Source of the DNA: Candidatus Poribacteria bacterium
GTDB taxonomy: Bacteria > Poribacteria > WGA-4E > WGA-3G
Assembly (NCBI GenBank): GCA_964291315.2
Contig: OZ219750.1
Location: 32,001 to 96,000, forward strand
Direction: 5' to 3'
Length of the DNA stretch: 64,000 bases
Translations under genes and position numbers: made by a program
In this document: piece after piece, positions 20,910 through 30,788 of the stretch
Position numbering within the stretch: position 1 is the stretch's first letter
How the letters are laid out: each line of letters opens with the position of its first letter
Notes under the pieces: generated by a model
What the model was told of the DNA's origin: nothing
Database searches by the model: none
What the model saw: only the letters and a program-made list of their open reading frames with translations

Positions 20910-22430
20910 CTATTCTAGGAAGTGCAATTTTTTGATTAATGTTGCAACGTCTGGTGATTCATCGAGTGCTTTGTTATACTGATGTGCGATTTCTGCATCA
21001 GCGAGTGCGTTAAGATTAATTTCATGAATGCGTCCGTTGAGTGTGAAGGTAATACTATCCCACTGAATGGCTTTTATAGAGGTGCTGAATCGATCAACAG
21101 CGCGTCCCCGGAAATATGCGCGCGTGCCGGGGGGCGGATTGTGAAGGGCCTCGTCAATCTGATCTTCTGTGACAACCCGTCGCATCGGAAGCCCATAGTA
21201 TAGTCCTTCGTTTGGGTTGATGTTATGGTATTCCAAATCCAAACTTTGGAGCCACGGATTGCTCCAAGTGATTTTTTCTTCTTCCGCGAAGGTTTGTAGT
21301 AGCCACTTCTTCGCGACCCAGTCGAGCCGGTCAATGAGTGCCATTGGTTCTGTTTCAAGTTGGTTGAGCGTATTTTCCCATTCGGCAAGCACCCAGTCGG
21401 TTTCAAGTCCTGTCTCTTCTCCGAGGTGTTTTTGAGCAAGGGCGAGGTATTCGCGTTGATGGTCGATAGCGGACATCGTTCTACCGTCTGCTGTCATCAC
21501 TATCCAACGATATGTCTGATCGTGGGATATGGTTTTAACAGTATCAATTGGATTTGCGAGGCTTAGATTTTCGGGAATTTTATTTTGTTCAATCAATGTG
21601 ATAACGAGTGCAGTCGTCCCGACTTTGAGAGCGGTTGCGTACTCGGACATATTTGCGTCGCCAACGATTCCGTGGAGTCTACGATATTTCGCGGGGTCGG
21701 CGTGTGGTTCATCTCGTGTATTGACGATAGGTCGGTTATGCATTGTGTCGATGCTGGCTTCGACGTGAAAGAAATCTGCCCGTTGTGAGAGTTGATAGTG
21801 TCCTGGTGTTGCGAGTCCGGCTTCTGTTTCAATACCGATTTTTCCTGCGCCGGCGAAGATTTGGCGTGTAATGAAGAAAGGCATAATGCCCTGTTTGAGT
21901 TTTTCGAAGGGCACTGTGCGTGACATGAGATAATTGTCGTGGCATCCGTAGCTATGCCCGTGTAAATCGGTATTATTTTTGTAGAGCAGTACGCGCTTTC
22001 CAAGCTGCTGACTGCGTGTTTCGGCGCACCGTTGTAGGATACGTTCGCCGGCTTTATCGTGTGCAACGAGTTCAAAGAGGCTGCTGCATTCGGGTGTAGA
22101 ATATTCGGGGTGTGCATGGTCGTTGTAGAGGCGTGCTCCGTTGGCGAGGATGTGATCGCTCTTGATTTGGGCAAAAGAGAGGCGATTTTTTTTATTTTGT
22201 TCGCGATCGCGTGCTTCTTCTGTCTTTTCATCGGGATGGTTAGAAAGCGCGTTTACCCGAAAGCCGCGTTCATCTCGAAACGGGTCTTCTCCTCGGTAGT
22301 CCCAGATGGGTTGAAAATCTTCTTGGCGATAGCTTTTTATCAGCTCGATTGACTGTCTAACAGCATCAATGTTTGCTGTGTTTTCGAGTGTTATCCCATA
22401 TTCAGTTTCAATTCCAAAAAGTCTTTGCAT
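20910..22430 (-). CDS. dop: Depupylase/deamidase Dop
   Basis: GIETEYGI, NGARLYNDHAHPEYSTPEC and SYGCHDNY motifs; start at MQRLFG (22430). Confidence 0.92.
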   Translation of the reverse strand: MQRLFGIETEYGITLENTANIDAVRQSIELIKSYRQEDFQPIWDYRGEDPFRDERGFRVNALSNHPDEKTEEARDREQNKKNRLSFAQIKSDHILANGARLYNDHAHPEYSTPECSSLFELVAHDKAGERILQRCAETRSQQLGKRVLLYKNNTDLHGHSYGCHDNYLMSRTVPFEKLKQGIMPFFITRQIFAGAGKIGIETEAGLATPGHYQLSQRADFFHVEASIDTMHNRPIVNTRDEPHADPAKYRRLHGIVGDANMSEYATALKVGTTALVITLIEQNKIPENLSLANPIDTVKTISHDQTYRWIVMTADGRTMSAIDHQREYLALAQKHLGEETGLETDWVLAEWENTLNQLETEPMALIDRLDWVAKKWLLQTFAEEEKITWSNPWLQSLDLEYHNINPNEGLYYGLPMRRVVTEDQIDEALHNPPPGTRAYFRGRAVDRFSTSIKAIQWDSITFTLNGRIHEINLNALADAEIAHQYNKALDESPDVATLIKKLHFLE

Positions 22431-22566
22431 TTGGCTATAAGCAGTCGGTGGCCAGGGGGCAGTAGTGGTTTGTGGTGGTGACGTGTATTGCGTGTTTGCC
22501 ACAAACCACTTTTAACTGATAGTTGAAGAGCGAGGGCGGCTATTTTCTGGCGACCGATAATTCCTT

Positions 22567-24396
22567 CTAAATGACTCGTGATCCGGAGGTTCTGCGTTTC
22601 TCCTGTTTTTGAGTGTTGATAGGTGTAACCTTGACGACATTTGCGGGGTCGTAATCAAGGAGTTTGAGCCAATTTTCTGTAGCTTCTGTTGGTGGGAAGA
22701 TTTCACTTTCACTGTACTCGGCGGCAAGAGCGTCTAGCAGGTCTGCGCGTGAAATACCGTTCTCTTTCTCGGGGTTCTGAATTGCCCGTTTGAGTGCGGA
22801 TTCCTTGGCTCGTTGTACAATAGACTCGATAATTGCGCCGCTACAGAGATGCCCACGATAGAGGGTATCCCGTCTGCCGCTTCGGAGTGCGACTTCGAGG
22901 AATCGGTTTTCCTCGCTCTCACGGAACATTTCATCGACCACTTGTGCGATTAAGTCCTCGACTGCTTTTTCTGCGGGAATCAGGTCAGGTGCTGCGTCCG
23001 CTGGTTGTGCCTCATCTATAGGTTCGACGTGTTGATTAAGGCGGTCTTCTGAGGCAATCGGTAGTTCAGGTGTGAGGTAGATACGGAAAATGTCTTTCGC
23101 GGCGTTGACATCCGGGCGAGTCACTTTGATTTTTCTGTCGATACGTCCTGGGCGCAGTATAGCAGGATCAATTAAATCTGGTCGGTTTGTGGCGAGGATA
23201 ATAACGACATCTTGTAAAGATTCAATTCCATCCATTTCTGCGCAGAACATTGGAACGAGGGTATTAGAGATGCTATGGGATCTGAGGGCGCGTCGCGTGC
23301 CTAGAATAGATTCTGCTTCATCTATAAAGACGAACGCCAATTTTCCGTCTTCCTTTTTCTCGCGTGCGATCTGAAAAATCTCACGTACCTTGCGTTCGGA
23401 CTCGCCGAGCCACATGTTCAGGATTTCAGGTCCTTTGATGTGGAGAAAACAGCCTTGAATATCTTCGTTGCTTTCTTTGCGGAGTCGCTGTGTCAAATTA
23501 TAGGCAGTTGCCTTGCCGATGAGCGTTTTTCCACATCCTGGAGGTCCGTGTAGTAGGAATCCTTTTGGGGCACTGTATTGGAACCTTTCGAAAAGTTCAG
23601 GGTGCAGGATTGGGAGTTCGATTGTGTCCTTAATTTTTTGAATTGTTTCGTCTAGTCCGCCTACCTTTGACCAAGGTATATCAGGGACAGCCTCAAGTGC
23701 ATAAACATCTGTTTCTTTGGCAGCGAGATGTTCGAGGGCAACCCGGAAGTTGGGGTCAATGCGTACCTCGTCGCCGGGTTTAAGTTTAACATCGGTGAGG
23801 TCTGTGGAGCGTTGCAGGATAACAGATTGTGAGTTGAATTCTTGACCTGTGCGGAGGCGGCCGTCGGGCATGATGTCTATTATTTCTGTGATAGGACCGG
23901 CCTCGTTGTATCCGAGGTCTCCGACGACAACATATGCCTCGTTTAGCAGGACGCTGGATCCTTTTTTGAGGTTTTTCGGGTCTAGTTGTGTATCGAGATT
24001 GGCGTAGTATTCGGAGCCGCCGACGATGACACGGGCGATGTCCTCTTTAGGCAATCCGAGGAGCGTACCGATCCTGTTAGCAGGTGAGGTGAGTTTTTTG
24101 ATATGTGCCTCCATTTCGTCATGGATACGGAGTGCTTCTTCTTGAATTGCCTGAATTCTTTCCCGAAATTCCTCTTCATCATTGATGATAGAACGTCGAA
24201 GTTCAAGCAGCCAGCGGCGACGGGGGTCATCGACCGGGGTTTCTACGATAATGTGATGGATGAGCTGCAACGAATAACCGGAACTTGTTTCATCGTCTTC
24301 GGTGATGATTTCTTCCTCGATGTCGTCATGTTCACTAAACATATCGCGCGTGTCGGGGCTGTTGTCAGCAACTTTACGATTCTTCTTATCGTACAT
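22567..24396 (-). CDS. arc: Proteasome-associated AAA ATPase ARC/Mpa
   Basis: N-terminal coiled coil, OB domains, GPPGCGKT, FIDEAES, DPAILRPGRID. Confidence 0.93.
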   Translation of the reverse strand: MYDKKNRKVADNSPDTRDMFSEHDDIEEEIITEDDETSSGYSLQLIHHIIVETPVDDPRRRWLLELRRSIINDEEEFRERIQAIQEEALRIHDEMEAHIKKLTSPANRIGTLLGLPKEDIARVIVGGSEYYANLDTQLDPKNLKKGSSVLLNEAYVVVGDLGYNEAGPITEIIDIMPDGRLRTGQEFNSQSVILQRSTDLTDVKLKPGDEVRIDPNFRVALEHLAAKETDVYALEAVPDIPWSKVGGLDETIQKIKDTIELPILHPELFERFQYSAPKGFLLHGPPGCGKTLIGKATAYNLTQRLRKESNEDIQGCFLHIKGPEILNMWLGESERKVREIFQIAREKKEDGKLAFVFIDEAESILGTRRALRSHSISNTLVPMFCAEMDGIESLQDVVIILATNRPDLIDPAILRPGRIDRKIKVTRPDVNAAKDIFRIYLTPELPIASEDRLNQHVEPIDEAQPADAAPDLIPAEKAVEDLIAQVVDEMFRESEENRFLEVALRSGRRDTLYRGHLCSGAIIESIVQRAKESALKRAIQNPEKENGISRADLLDALAAEYSESEIFPPTEATENWLKLLDYDPANVVKVTPINTQKQEKRRTSGSRVI

Positions 24397-24754
24397 TTTG
24401 AATGCTCCTCAGACAGAAACGGATGACTTTACGATAGAGTTTACCACAGATTCCAGAATTTTGCGAGTCTTTTTTTCACTTGGCAAGCAGCAACGATTCT
24501 ACATTTCTGTCTGTTGTAGATGCTGCCTAAGCCGAGATTTCTATGATAATCTGCTATAGTTTAGCACGATCTCTAACAAAAACGCAAGGGAAAAGCGAAT
24601 TTGCTGGGGGTCAGTGGTTATTTGAATGCATATTGAGTACGGATAAGCTCTCGCTTACGTGCGTTTTTTTAGCGATGGGCAAATTTGCAGCGTAATTATA
24701 CAGTATTCTCACTCAGAAATCAATATTTTATCATATTGGCTTTGGAATTCGTTG

Positions 24755-25069
24755 TTAATTTTTTCTGGTTTTAAAAGAGTGTAAAAGGGTTTGTCTCTCC
24801 TCCCAATCCGGGAGGTATGCTGACATGAAGCTTTTGAAGAGTTTGCCGTGGTTTGGAACGAGGAGATGGACTAATTCATGAACAATGACGAATTCTGTCA
24901 ACGCTTTCGGTAGGTTAAGCAGCTCGGTGTTGAGCGTCAAGCGTCTATTGATTGATATAGATGCCCACTTTCTCCGCATCTGCCGGAGATGGATCTGCTG
25001 TACCTTCACATTGATGCGTTCTGCCCAGTAACACACCATGTCTCTTAATTCTGATCTGTGAGCGTTCAT
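24755..25069 (-). CDS. Short M48/DUF45 (YgjP-like) metallopeptidase associated with Type I R-M
   Basis: RKWAS and HELVH...PNH motifs; its ATG overlaps the hsdR TGA (ATGA). Confidence 0.85.
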   Translation of the reverse strand: MNAHRSELRDMVCYWAERINVKVQQIHLRQMRRKWASISINRRLTLNTELLNLPKALTEFVIVHELVHLLVPNHGKLFKSFMSAYLPDWEERQTLLHSFKTRKN

Positions 25070-27966
25070 ACGCGTTCTAACTTGAGCAATGTGTTTGTGG
25101 TTTCGATTAGGTTTTCCTTGCCGACTGTGGGTATGAGCGTGCGGTAGAGTGTGCCTCGCAATTCTTTTTCTTCGTGTGCATCCCACTGATAGTTTGGATA
25201 TTGTGTAAAGACTTGGTCAACAGCGCGTGCCTGTTCAGGCGTAATATCTTCTATTGCATTCTTGAGAACGGTATAAACGGCGTAGGTGTTTTCATCTAAG
25301 TCCATTTGTTTGCTTTCCCTAGCAGCTTGTGCGTACTCTTCGGCTAACCTTTTGAATTCAGCCAAGACATCTTGTGTGGTGAGTTGTCGGTTTTCATAAG
25401 CTTCTGTGACGGCTTCTGCGCGGTCGCCAATCGAGATCAGGAATGGCTTATGTTTGCCTTCATTTGCGACTGTTTGTTGCAATGCCTTCCGTAAGTTCTG
25501 AACTTTAACGGTATCGGATGTATTACTTTGCTCCATCTGCTGTAAGGTATCGTTGTGCAATTCGTAGACGGCATCGGGCAATTCAAATAGATGACTCTCC
25601 GTATGTGTTTGTAAGAGTTCCCGCGTTTTGGCGGTTAGTTCCTTATCAACATAAATACGTTCAGAATAAGCGTTACGGATGAGCCCGTAGAGGGTTGCAA
25701 GTGCCTGATAGTCTTTGATAAATGGGTGCAAGAAGGGATTAGGTGATAGGATGTCATAGAGATTCTGCATCGTTTTGAAAAATTTGAAAAAGGTTTCGCG
25801 TTTGTCTTTGTCATCGAAATGCTCAATTGCTTGCTCTTTTGCTTTATCATCCCACCCGGTAGTAAGAGGTAGGTATTCGACTGCATCCTCACAGATTCGC
25901 TTTGCGAAATCGGCTTTGAGTACGTCAATATTGCGAATTACACTTGTCACTTCATCGGAATCGAAGGCGAGAGCCTTCTCAAGGTTCTCGAAGATGCCGA
26001 CGAAGTCTAAGACGAAGCCTGCGGACTTTACCAAGCCTTCCGCGTCTTCATAAGGTCGGTTGACGCGTGCGATTGCCTGTAACAAAACGTGGTCGCGCAT
26101 CGGTTTATCGAGGTACATACAGTAGAGGATTGGTGCGTCAAAGCCGGTCAGCAATTTCTGGGTTACGATAAGGATTTTAGGGTTTTCGTTTTTGTTGATG
26201 AATTTTTTGCGGGTCTCTTTTTCTTCGTCTGCGGCGCGGTGATGTGTTTTTAGCTCCTCAGGGTCTTGATGATTCGGGGAATATACGACTTCCGAATATT
26301 CAGGGGGTATGTAGTTATCGAGTGCCTGCTTATACAAGACACACGCTTCTCGGTCTACAGCCACGAGGAACGCTTTGAAACCCATCGGTTCTACATTCTC
26401 GCGGAAATGTGTTGCGACGGCAGCAGCGATGCCGTTTATCCTGTCGGGGGCTTTTAGTATCGCCTTTAGCTGAACTGCTCGATCGAGGATTGCGTTGAGT
26501 TCTTCAAGGTTGCTCATCCCCTCGGCGATGGCGAGGTTTAGAAATTCGCGTTCTAATGTGTCCCGGTCGACGCGTAGGGCAGATGGTGCAAGGGCATAAT
26601 TGAGCGGTACGGTCGTGCCGTCTTCAATGGATTCGGTGATGGCGTATTTGTCGAGATAGCCTTGATCGTCATCCGTGCCGAAAACCTTGAATGTCCCCTC
26701 GCCTTTGGAGAGTTTGTCAATCGGTGTGCCGGTGAAACCGATATAGGTTGCGTTCGGTAGGGCTGCCATGAGATAGTTTCCGAAATCCCCGCCGGTGGTG
26801 CGGTGTGCTTCGTCGATGAGAATGACGACACTTTGGCGAGTGTTAAGGTTCGCTGGTCTTTTGTCGAACTTATGGATCATTGATACGATGAGGCCTCGGT
26901 AGTCGGAGACTAAGATCTGTTCAAGGGCCTCTTTGCTCTGTGCGATTTCAACTGTTGTAATGCCGTAGCCGGTGATGTTTTTAAAGAGTTGGCTCTCCAA
27001 TTCATTTCGATCGACGATCATCAGGACGGTGGGTTTTTCTGTCTGCTGTCCACTTCGTAGGAGACGGGAGGCGATGGTTATCATCGTGAGGGTTTTACCA
27101 CTGCCCTGTGTGTGCCAGACGAGTCCGCGCCGTTTATTGGGGTTATGTACTCGTTCAATGACTTTTTCGACTGCCCGGGTCTGGTGTTGCCGCAACACAA
27201 CTTTGTTGAGTTGGTCGTCTCTGTTCTGGAAGATGATTAAATGCTGTAACACTTTGAGGAAGCGTTCGCGGTCAAAGAAGGTTTTGACTTTCTGTTCGTA
27301 GCTATTTTGTAATCCGAGAATTCCGGTTGTGGAAGGAGCTTCGCCGGCTTTCCACTTAAACAAGCTTTTGCGGCTGGTATTCCACGTCACACTATAGAAA
27401 AAATCGAGCAGTTGTGTGACACCAAAGATTTGTGCGGTGGTGAACATTTCTGGGGTTTCACTGTGATAGCGGCGGATCTGCTCAACGCCGAGTGCTACGC
27501 CGTCCGGTCTGTTGGTGTTCTTCGTCTCAATAACTGCTACGGGGATTCCGTTAATGAGAAAGACGACATCGGCGCGGTTGCGGTGGACGGTGCCTTGTTG
27601 TTTCCATTCATCGGTTACATGGAATAGGTTTTTGTCCGGGGTATCGAAGTCAATTAGGGTAACGTTGCGATTGCGGTTCTGATTTTGAACGAAGGTTGAC
27701 TGTTCGCCGCGGAGCCATGAGAGTGCATCTCGGTTTCCTTCGAGGGTTGGTTTGAGGGTGCGCAGTTGCCGTATAACATTTGCACACTCGGCTTCGCTCA
27801 GGATGTTTTTGTTAAGTTTGATAAGTTGTGCTTGCAGGATATCGGTAAAATAGCGTTCGGTTTCTCCGCGGCGCATACGCTTGGCTGCTGGTTGAGAAAT
27901 AGACTGCCAGCCGATGTCATCAGCATATTTTAGCAAAGGTTTCTGCACTGCGGAACGTTCAGACAT
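25066..27966 (-). CDS. hsdR: Type I restriction enzyme R subunit
   Basis: Nuclease motif ADVV...IETK, QGSGKT, DEAH, FTGTP, TGFDAP, QAIARVNR. Confidence 0.96.
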   Translation of the reverse strand: MSERSAVQKPLLKYADDIGWQSISQPAAKRMRRGETERYFTDILQAQLIKLNKNILSEAECANVIRQLRTLKPTLEGNRDALSWLRGEQSTFVQNQNRNRNVTLIDFDTPDKNLFHVTDEWKQQGTVHRNRADVVFLINGIPVAVIETKNTNRPDGVALGVEQIRRYHSETPEMFTTAQIFGVTQLLDFFYSVTWNTSRKSLFKWKAGEAPSTTGILGLQNSYEQKVKTFFDRERFLKVLQHLIIFQNRDDQLNKVVLRQHQTRAVEKVIERVHNPNKRRGLVWHTQGSGKTLTMITIASRLLRSGQQTEKPTVLMIVDRNELESQLFKNITGYGITTVEIAQSKEALEQILVSDYRGLIVSMIHKFDKRPANLNTRQSVVILIDEAHRTTGGDFGNYLMAALPNATYIGFTGTPIDKLSKGEGTFKVFGTDDDQGYLDKYAITESIEDGTTVPLNYALAPSALRVDRDTLEREFLNLAIAEGMSNLEELNAILDRAVQLKAILKAPDRINGIAAAVATHFRENVEPMGFKAFLVAVDREACVLYKQALDNYIPPEYSEVVYSPNHQDPEELKTHHRAADEEKETRKKFINKNENPKILIVTQKLLTGFDAPILYCMYLDKPMRDHVLLQAIARVNRPYEDAEGLVKSAGFVLDFVGIFENLEKALAFDSDEVTSVIRNIDVLKADFAKRICEDAVEYLPLTTGWDDKAKEQAIEHFDDKDKRETFFKFFKTMQNLYDILSPNPFLHPFIKDYQALATLYGLIRNAYSERIYVDKELTAKTRELLQTHTESHLFELPDAVYELHNDTLQQMEQSNTSDTVKVQNLRKALQQTVANEGKHKPFLISIGDRAEAVTEAYENRQLTTQDVLAEFKRLAEEYAQAARESKQMDLDENTYAVYTVLKNAIEDITPEQARAVDQVFTQYPNYQWDAHEEKELRGTLYRTLIPTVGKENLIETTNTLLKLERV

Positions 27967-28006
27967 AATGGCATCAACATCGGACGTGCAAAGTTTTTCA
28001 TGTTTT

Positions 28007-28585
28007 TTAGTTAGGGAATGTTACGCGTGTGTAGATATCCTGCAAAGCCAATTTGCATTTGATCGCGTTGAGCATCAGAACATCTTCAGGCGTGTGAAAT
28101 GTTTTTGCCGCCCACTGTGCCTCAACAAGCCGAAAATGTTCAACGTGAATCCTGTCTTGTGAAACGAGAATATATTCTTGCAAGGACGCGAGTTCTTGAT
28201 AATATAGGAATTTCTCGCCTCTGTCATAAGCTTCGGTTGAGGGTGAAAGTACTTCTACGATTAGGATAGGATTGAGGAGCGTATCAAAAACATTGTCCTC
28301 AAAATGAGGTTTACCGCAAATAACTGCGACATCTGGATAGAAGTAAGAACCTGTGGAACTTGTGCGGACGCGCATATCGGCACTGTAGATTTCACAACCG
28401 TATTTTCTTAATTGGAGATTAAGTGCTGTGGTTATATCCACTGTGATAAGATTATGGGCTCGACTTGCGTCGGACATTGCGAATAGTTCTCCGTGGCTGT
28501 ACTCGCTTTTATGTATAGCGCGACGTTCCGAGGCGAGGTATGCCTCAGGGGTAATGTAGGTATCGGTTGCTGTGACAGATGGCAT
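28007..28585 (-). CDS. Uma2 family PD-(D/E)XK endonuclease
   Basis: EYSHGELFAM, YPDV and VEVLSPST motifs. Confidence 0.9.
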   Translation of the reverse strand: MPSVTATDTYITPEAYLASERRAIHKSEYSHGELFAMSDASRAHNLITVDITTALNLQLRKYGCEIYSADMRVRTSSTGSYFYPDVAVICGKPHFEDNVFDTLLNPILIVEVLSPSTEAYDRGEKFLYYQELASLQEYILVSQDRIHVEHFRLVEAQWAAKTFHTPEDVLMLNAIKCKLALQDIYTRVTFPN

Positions 28586-28614
28586 GTTTCTATCTCCACG
28601 AATCTGTTTTTTTA

Positions 28615-28643
28615 ATTATAGCATTTGATGGACAAAATCGCAA
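28615..28643 (-). promoter_or_regulatory. Sigma70 promoter for uma2-hsdR-M48
   Basis: TTGCGA-17-TATAAT with extended -10 TG. Confidence 0.6.
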
Positions 28644-28698
28644 GGATGTGTAAAGACGCTGTTAATTATCTGGCTATCGGATTATCAATACTGTTGCA

Positions 28699-29937
28699 TT
28701 AATTTAGTTTGGGCTCTAAAGCATCAATGAGTGGGACAGCGGAGCGTTGTCCTGTCATTAATTCGTCAAGCATGGCGTGAAAGAGCTCATCGAGGTATTG
28801 TGTTTCTTGTTCGAGGGCTGCTATTTTTTTGTCAATTGCCCGGAACACATCGGTAATGGCGCGCTGTTCACGGAGTGGCGGAAGGGGAAAAGTGAATTTT
28901 CTCAAAGAGTTCCAGGTCGTTCTTGGATGATTTACTCCTCCTGTGGTTGCTATCGCGTAACGAATGAGGGATTGGGTATGGAGAAGATAGACTAAAAATA
29001 TCGGAATTGTTTTTGAGTTTGCGGTGACCACAAGAATATCGGTAGAACAAATTCCCTCCATTTCAGCAAGGATAGCCTTATCTAAATATGGTCGTAATTT
29101 TCCATACAGAACGTCATTGGGATAAAAATAATGTTTTGCACTTTTTACAAATGAGGCTTTTCCCCAACGTTGCAGTAAGCTTAAACCTGAGTCAATATGC
29201 TCAAGTCCGACATAATTAGAATTAGGACTATCTTTTGGATTGATATGTTTACGTCTTAAATCAGCTATTTCTTTCAGTTGGATTACTTCCCAGCTCTCAG
29301 GAATTTTGCCAATTTCCGTTTCTTTACGAGGTTCGTTCTTCGTGCCGTGTGAGAAGAGGTAATCTATCAGTGCAGCTTTGCGTTCGCGTTCTAATGTGAT
29401 TTCGCGTTGTCGGGTAATCTTTGCTTGTTGGATCGTTTGTAGGACGTGGGCGATGGCGCGTTGTTCGGGGAGTGGGGGTAGGGGCACTGCCATATTTTTT
29501 ACATTGGTCGCAGTAATCGCGGGTAGGGCGCCTGGGTTTGAAAGATCGGCTAAATCAATAAATTCAAACCAATACAGCAAATAATAAGGAATACATGATT
29601 TGTGATCCTGAATCGTTACTCCCATGACATTATTATCTACCAAACTGCTACAAGATAGTATACGTTTCTTATTGGTATAAATGGCCCCGCCTACTTTTGG
29701 AAAAATTACTGTATCTTTTGGAAATAATTTTGCTTTAAGTATTTTAACCGTATCTTCGTCTACGTAGTTATTCGATGTGTGCATTACAGTTTCGTTACCT
29801 GTTAGGTTCATGTCTGAAACTTTGTAAAACGGATATTTTCCTATTGTATTGCCTTGATGCACTTTCGGGAATGCTGATCCCGCACGAACGTTAGCAATCT
29901 TCTTTAATGAAATGAGCTTTCCATGTTCACACATCAC
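28699..29937 (-). CDS. hsdS: Type I R-M specificity subunit
   Basis: Two TRDs, each followed by PLPPLxEQRAI; central IGKIPESW. Confidence 0.93.
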   Translation of the reverse strand: MMCEHGKLISLKKIANVRAGSAFPKVHQGNTIGKYPFYKVSDMNLTGNETVMHTSNNYVDEDTVKILKAKLFPKDTVIFPKVGGAIYTNKKRILSCSSLVDNNVMGVTIQDHKSCIPYYLLYWFEFIDLADLSNPGALPAITATNVKNMAVPLPPLPEQRAIAHVLQTIQQAKITRQREITLERERKAALIDYLFSHGTKNEPRKETEIGKIPESWEVIQLKEIADLRRKHINPKDSPNSNYVGLEHIDSGLSLLQRWGKASFVKSAKHYFYPNDVLYGKLRPYLDKAILAEMEGICSTDILVVTANSKTIPIFLVYLLHTQSLIRYAIATTGGVNHPRTTWNSLRKFTFPLPPLREQRAITDVFRAIDKKIAALEQETQYLDELFHAMLDELMTGQRSAVPLIDALEPKLN

Positions 29938-30297
29938 AAACCTCCTGAGACTTTTAGGTATGACGATACACTTTTACCTCATGAAAATACTTATAAGGAT
30001 CATCTGGATTTCGTGAGGTTTGACAGCCTTCTCCGCATATTACCCGCCCGAATAAACAATGACACTTTAAAAGCTTATTGCTTATCAGGGCTATTTATGA
30101 TACCCCACGTTGCCACCTATTGCTAGTTAAAAATGTTACGGGTGTAACAAGGTGCTCTGTTTTTTCGCTTTCCGCTGTGAAAAATGTTGTGGAACGGGTA
30201 ACGTTTTAATGCCAGTGAACTTTGGAGCAGCATACAAGCTGTCAAAATATTTATATCCGCGCCGTTAGACTCATTGTATGTTAACTTGAGTTCGTTG

Positions 30298-30654
30298 TTA
30301 AAGCGGAATGTAAATAATTTGATCAATATATTCATCTTCGTCAGATGCTCCAGCGATGAGGATCAGCTGTTCGATGATCAATCTGATTGATACTTTGCGA
30401 TTAATTGTGAAAATGCCAGGAACATGATGTCCGGCTGCCAGATGGTCAGAGAGGTGTTTAGGCATACTTTTTCGATTGTTTGTTATTAAGATAAATTGGT
30501 TCTGTTCACACCACTCTAAGATTTTTGGATCTGAGGTGCCTTTCACAGGAGCTCTTTCCTCTCCGATCATCAAGACCGTTAAAGATGGTTCAAAGTCCAG
30601 CAATTGCGTGCGATAAATTCTAGGCAAATTTTCATCTATCAGATACCGACGCAT
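30298..30654 (-). CDS. DUF5615 PIN-like (VapC45-like) toxin
   Basis: YLIDENL, GTSDPKIL, LITNNRK and HVPGI motifs. Confidence 0.85.
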   Translation of the reverse strand: MRRYLIDENLPRIYRTQLLDFEPSLTVLMIGEERAPVKGTSDPKILEWCEQNQFILITNNRKSMPKHLSDHLAAGHHVPGIFTINRKVSIRLIIEQLILIAGASDEDEYIDQIIYIPL

Positions 30655-30788
30655 CTTTATCCTTGTCTGTTTTTGGATAGAGGTTGCTGGGCTGCCCGTT
30701 TTTGGCGGATCTGGTGTGAATTATTAGAAGCATCTTTCCTTTCTGCTATAAGTTCATGCAGGCGAGCAGCCCTAGAAGGCGTTTTTTT

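Noticed and set aside
21593-22231. 212-aa alternative-frame ORF inside dop, and similar shadow ORFs elsewhere
   Set aside because: Overlaps a well-supported gene and has no domain signal.
29940-30297. Short ORFs between DUF5615 and hsdS
   Set aside because: No recognisable motifs or RBS; probably non-coding or a remnant.
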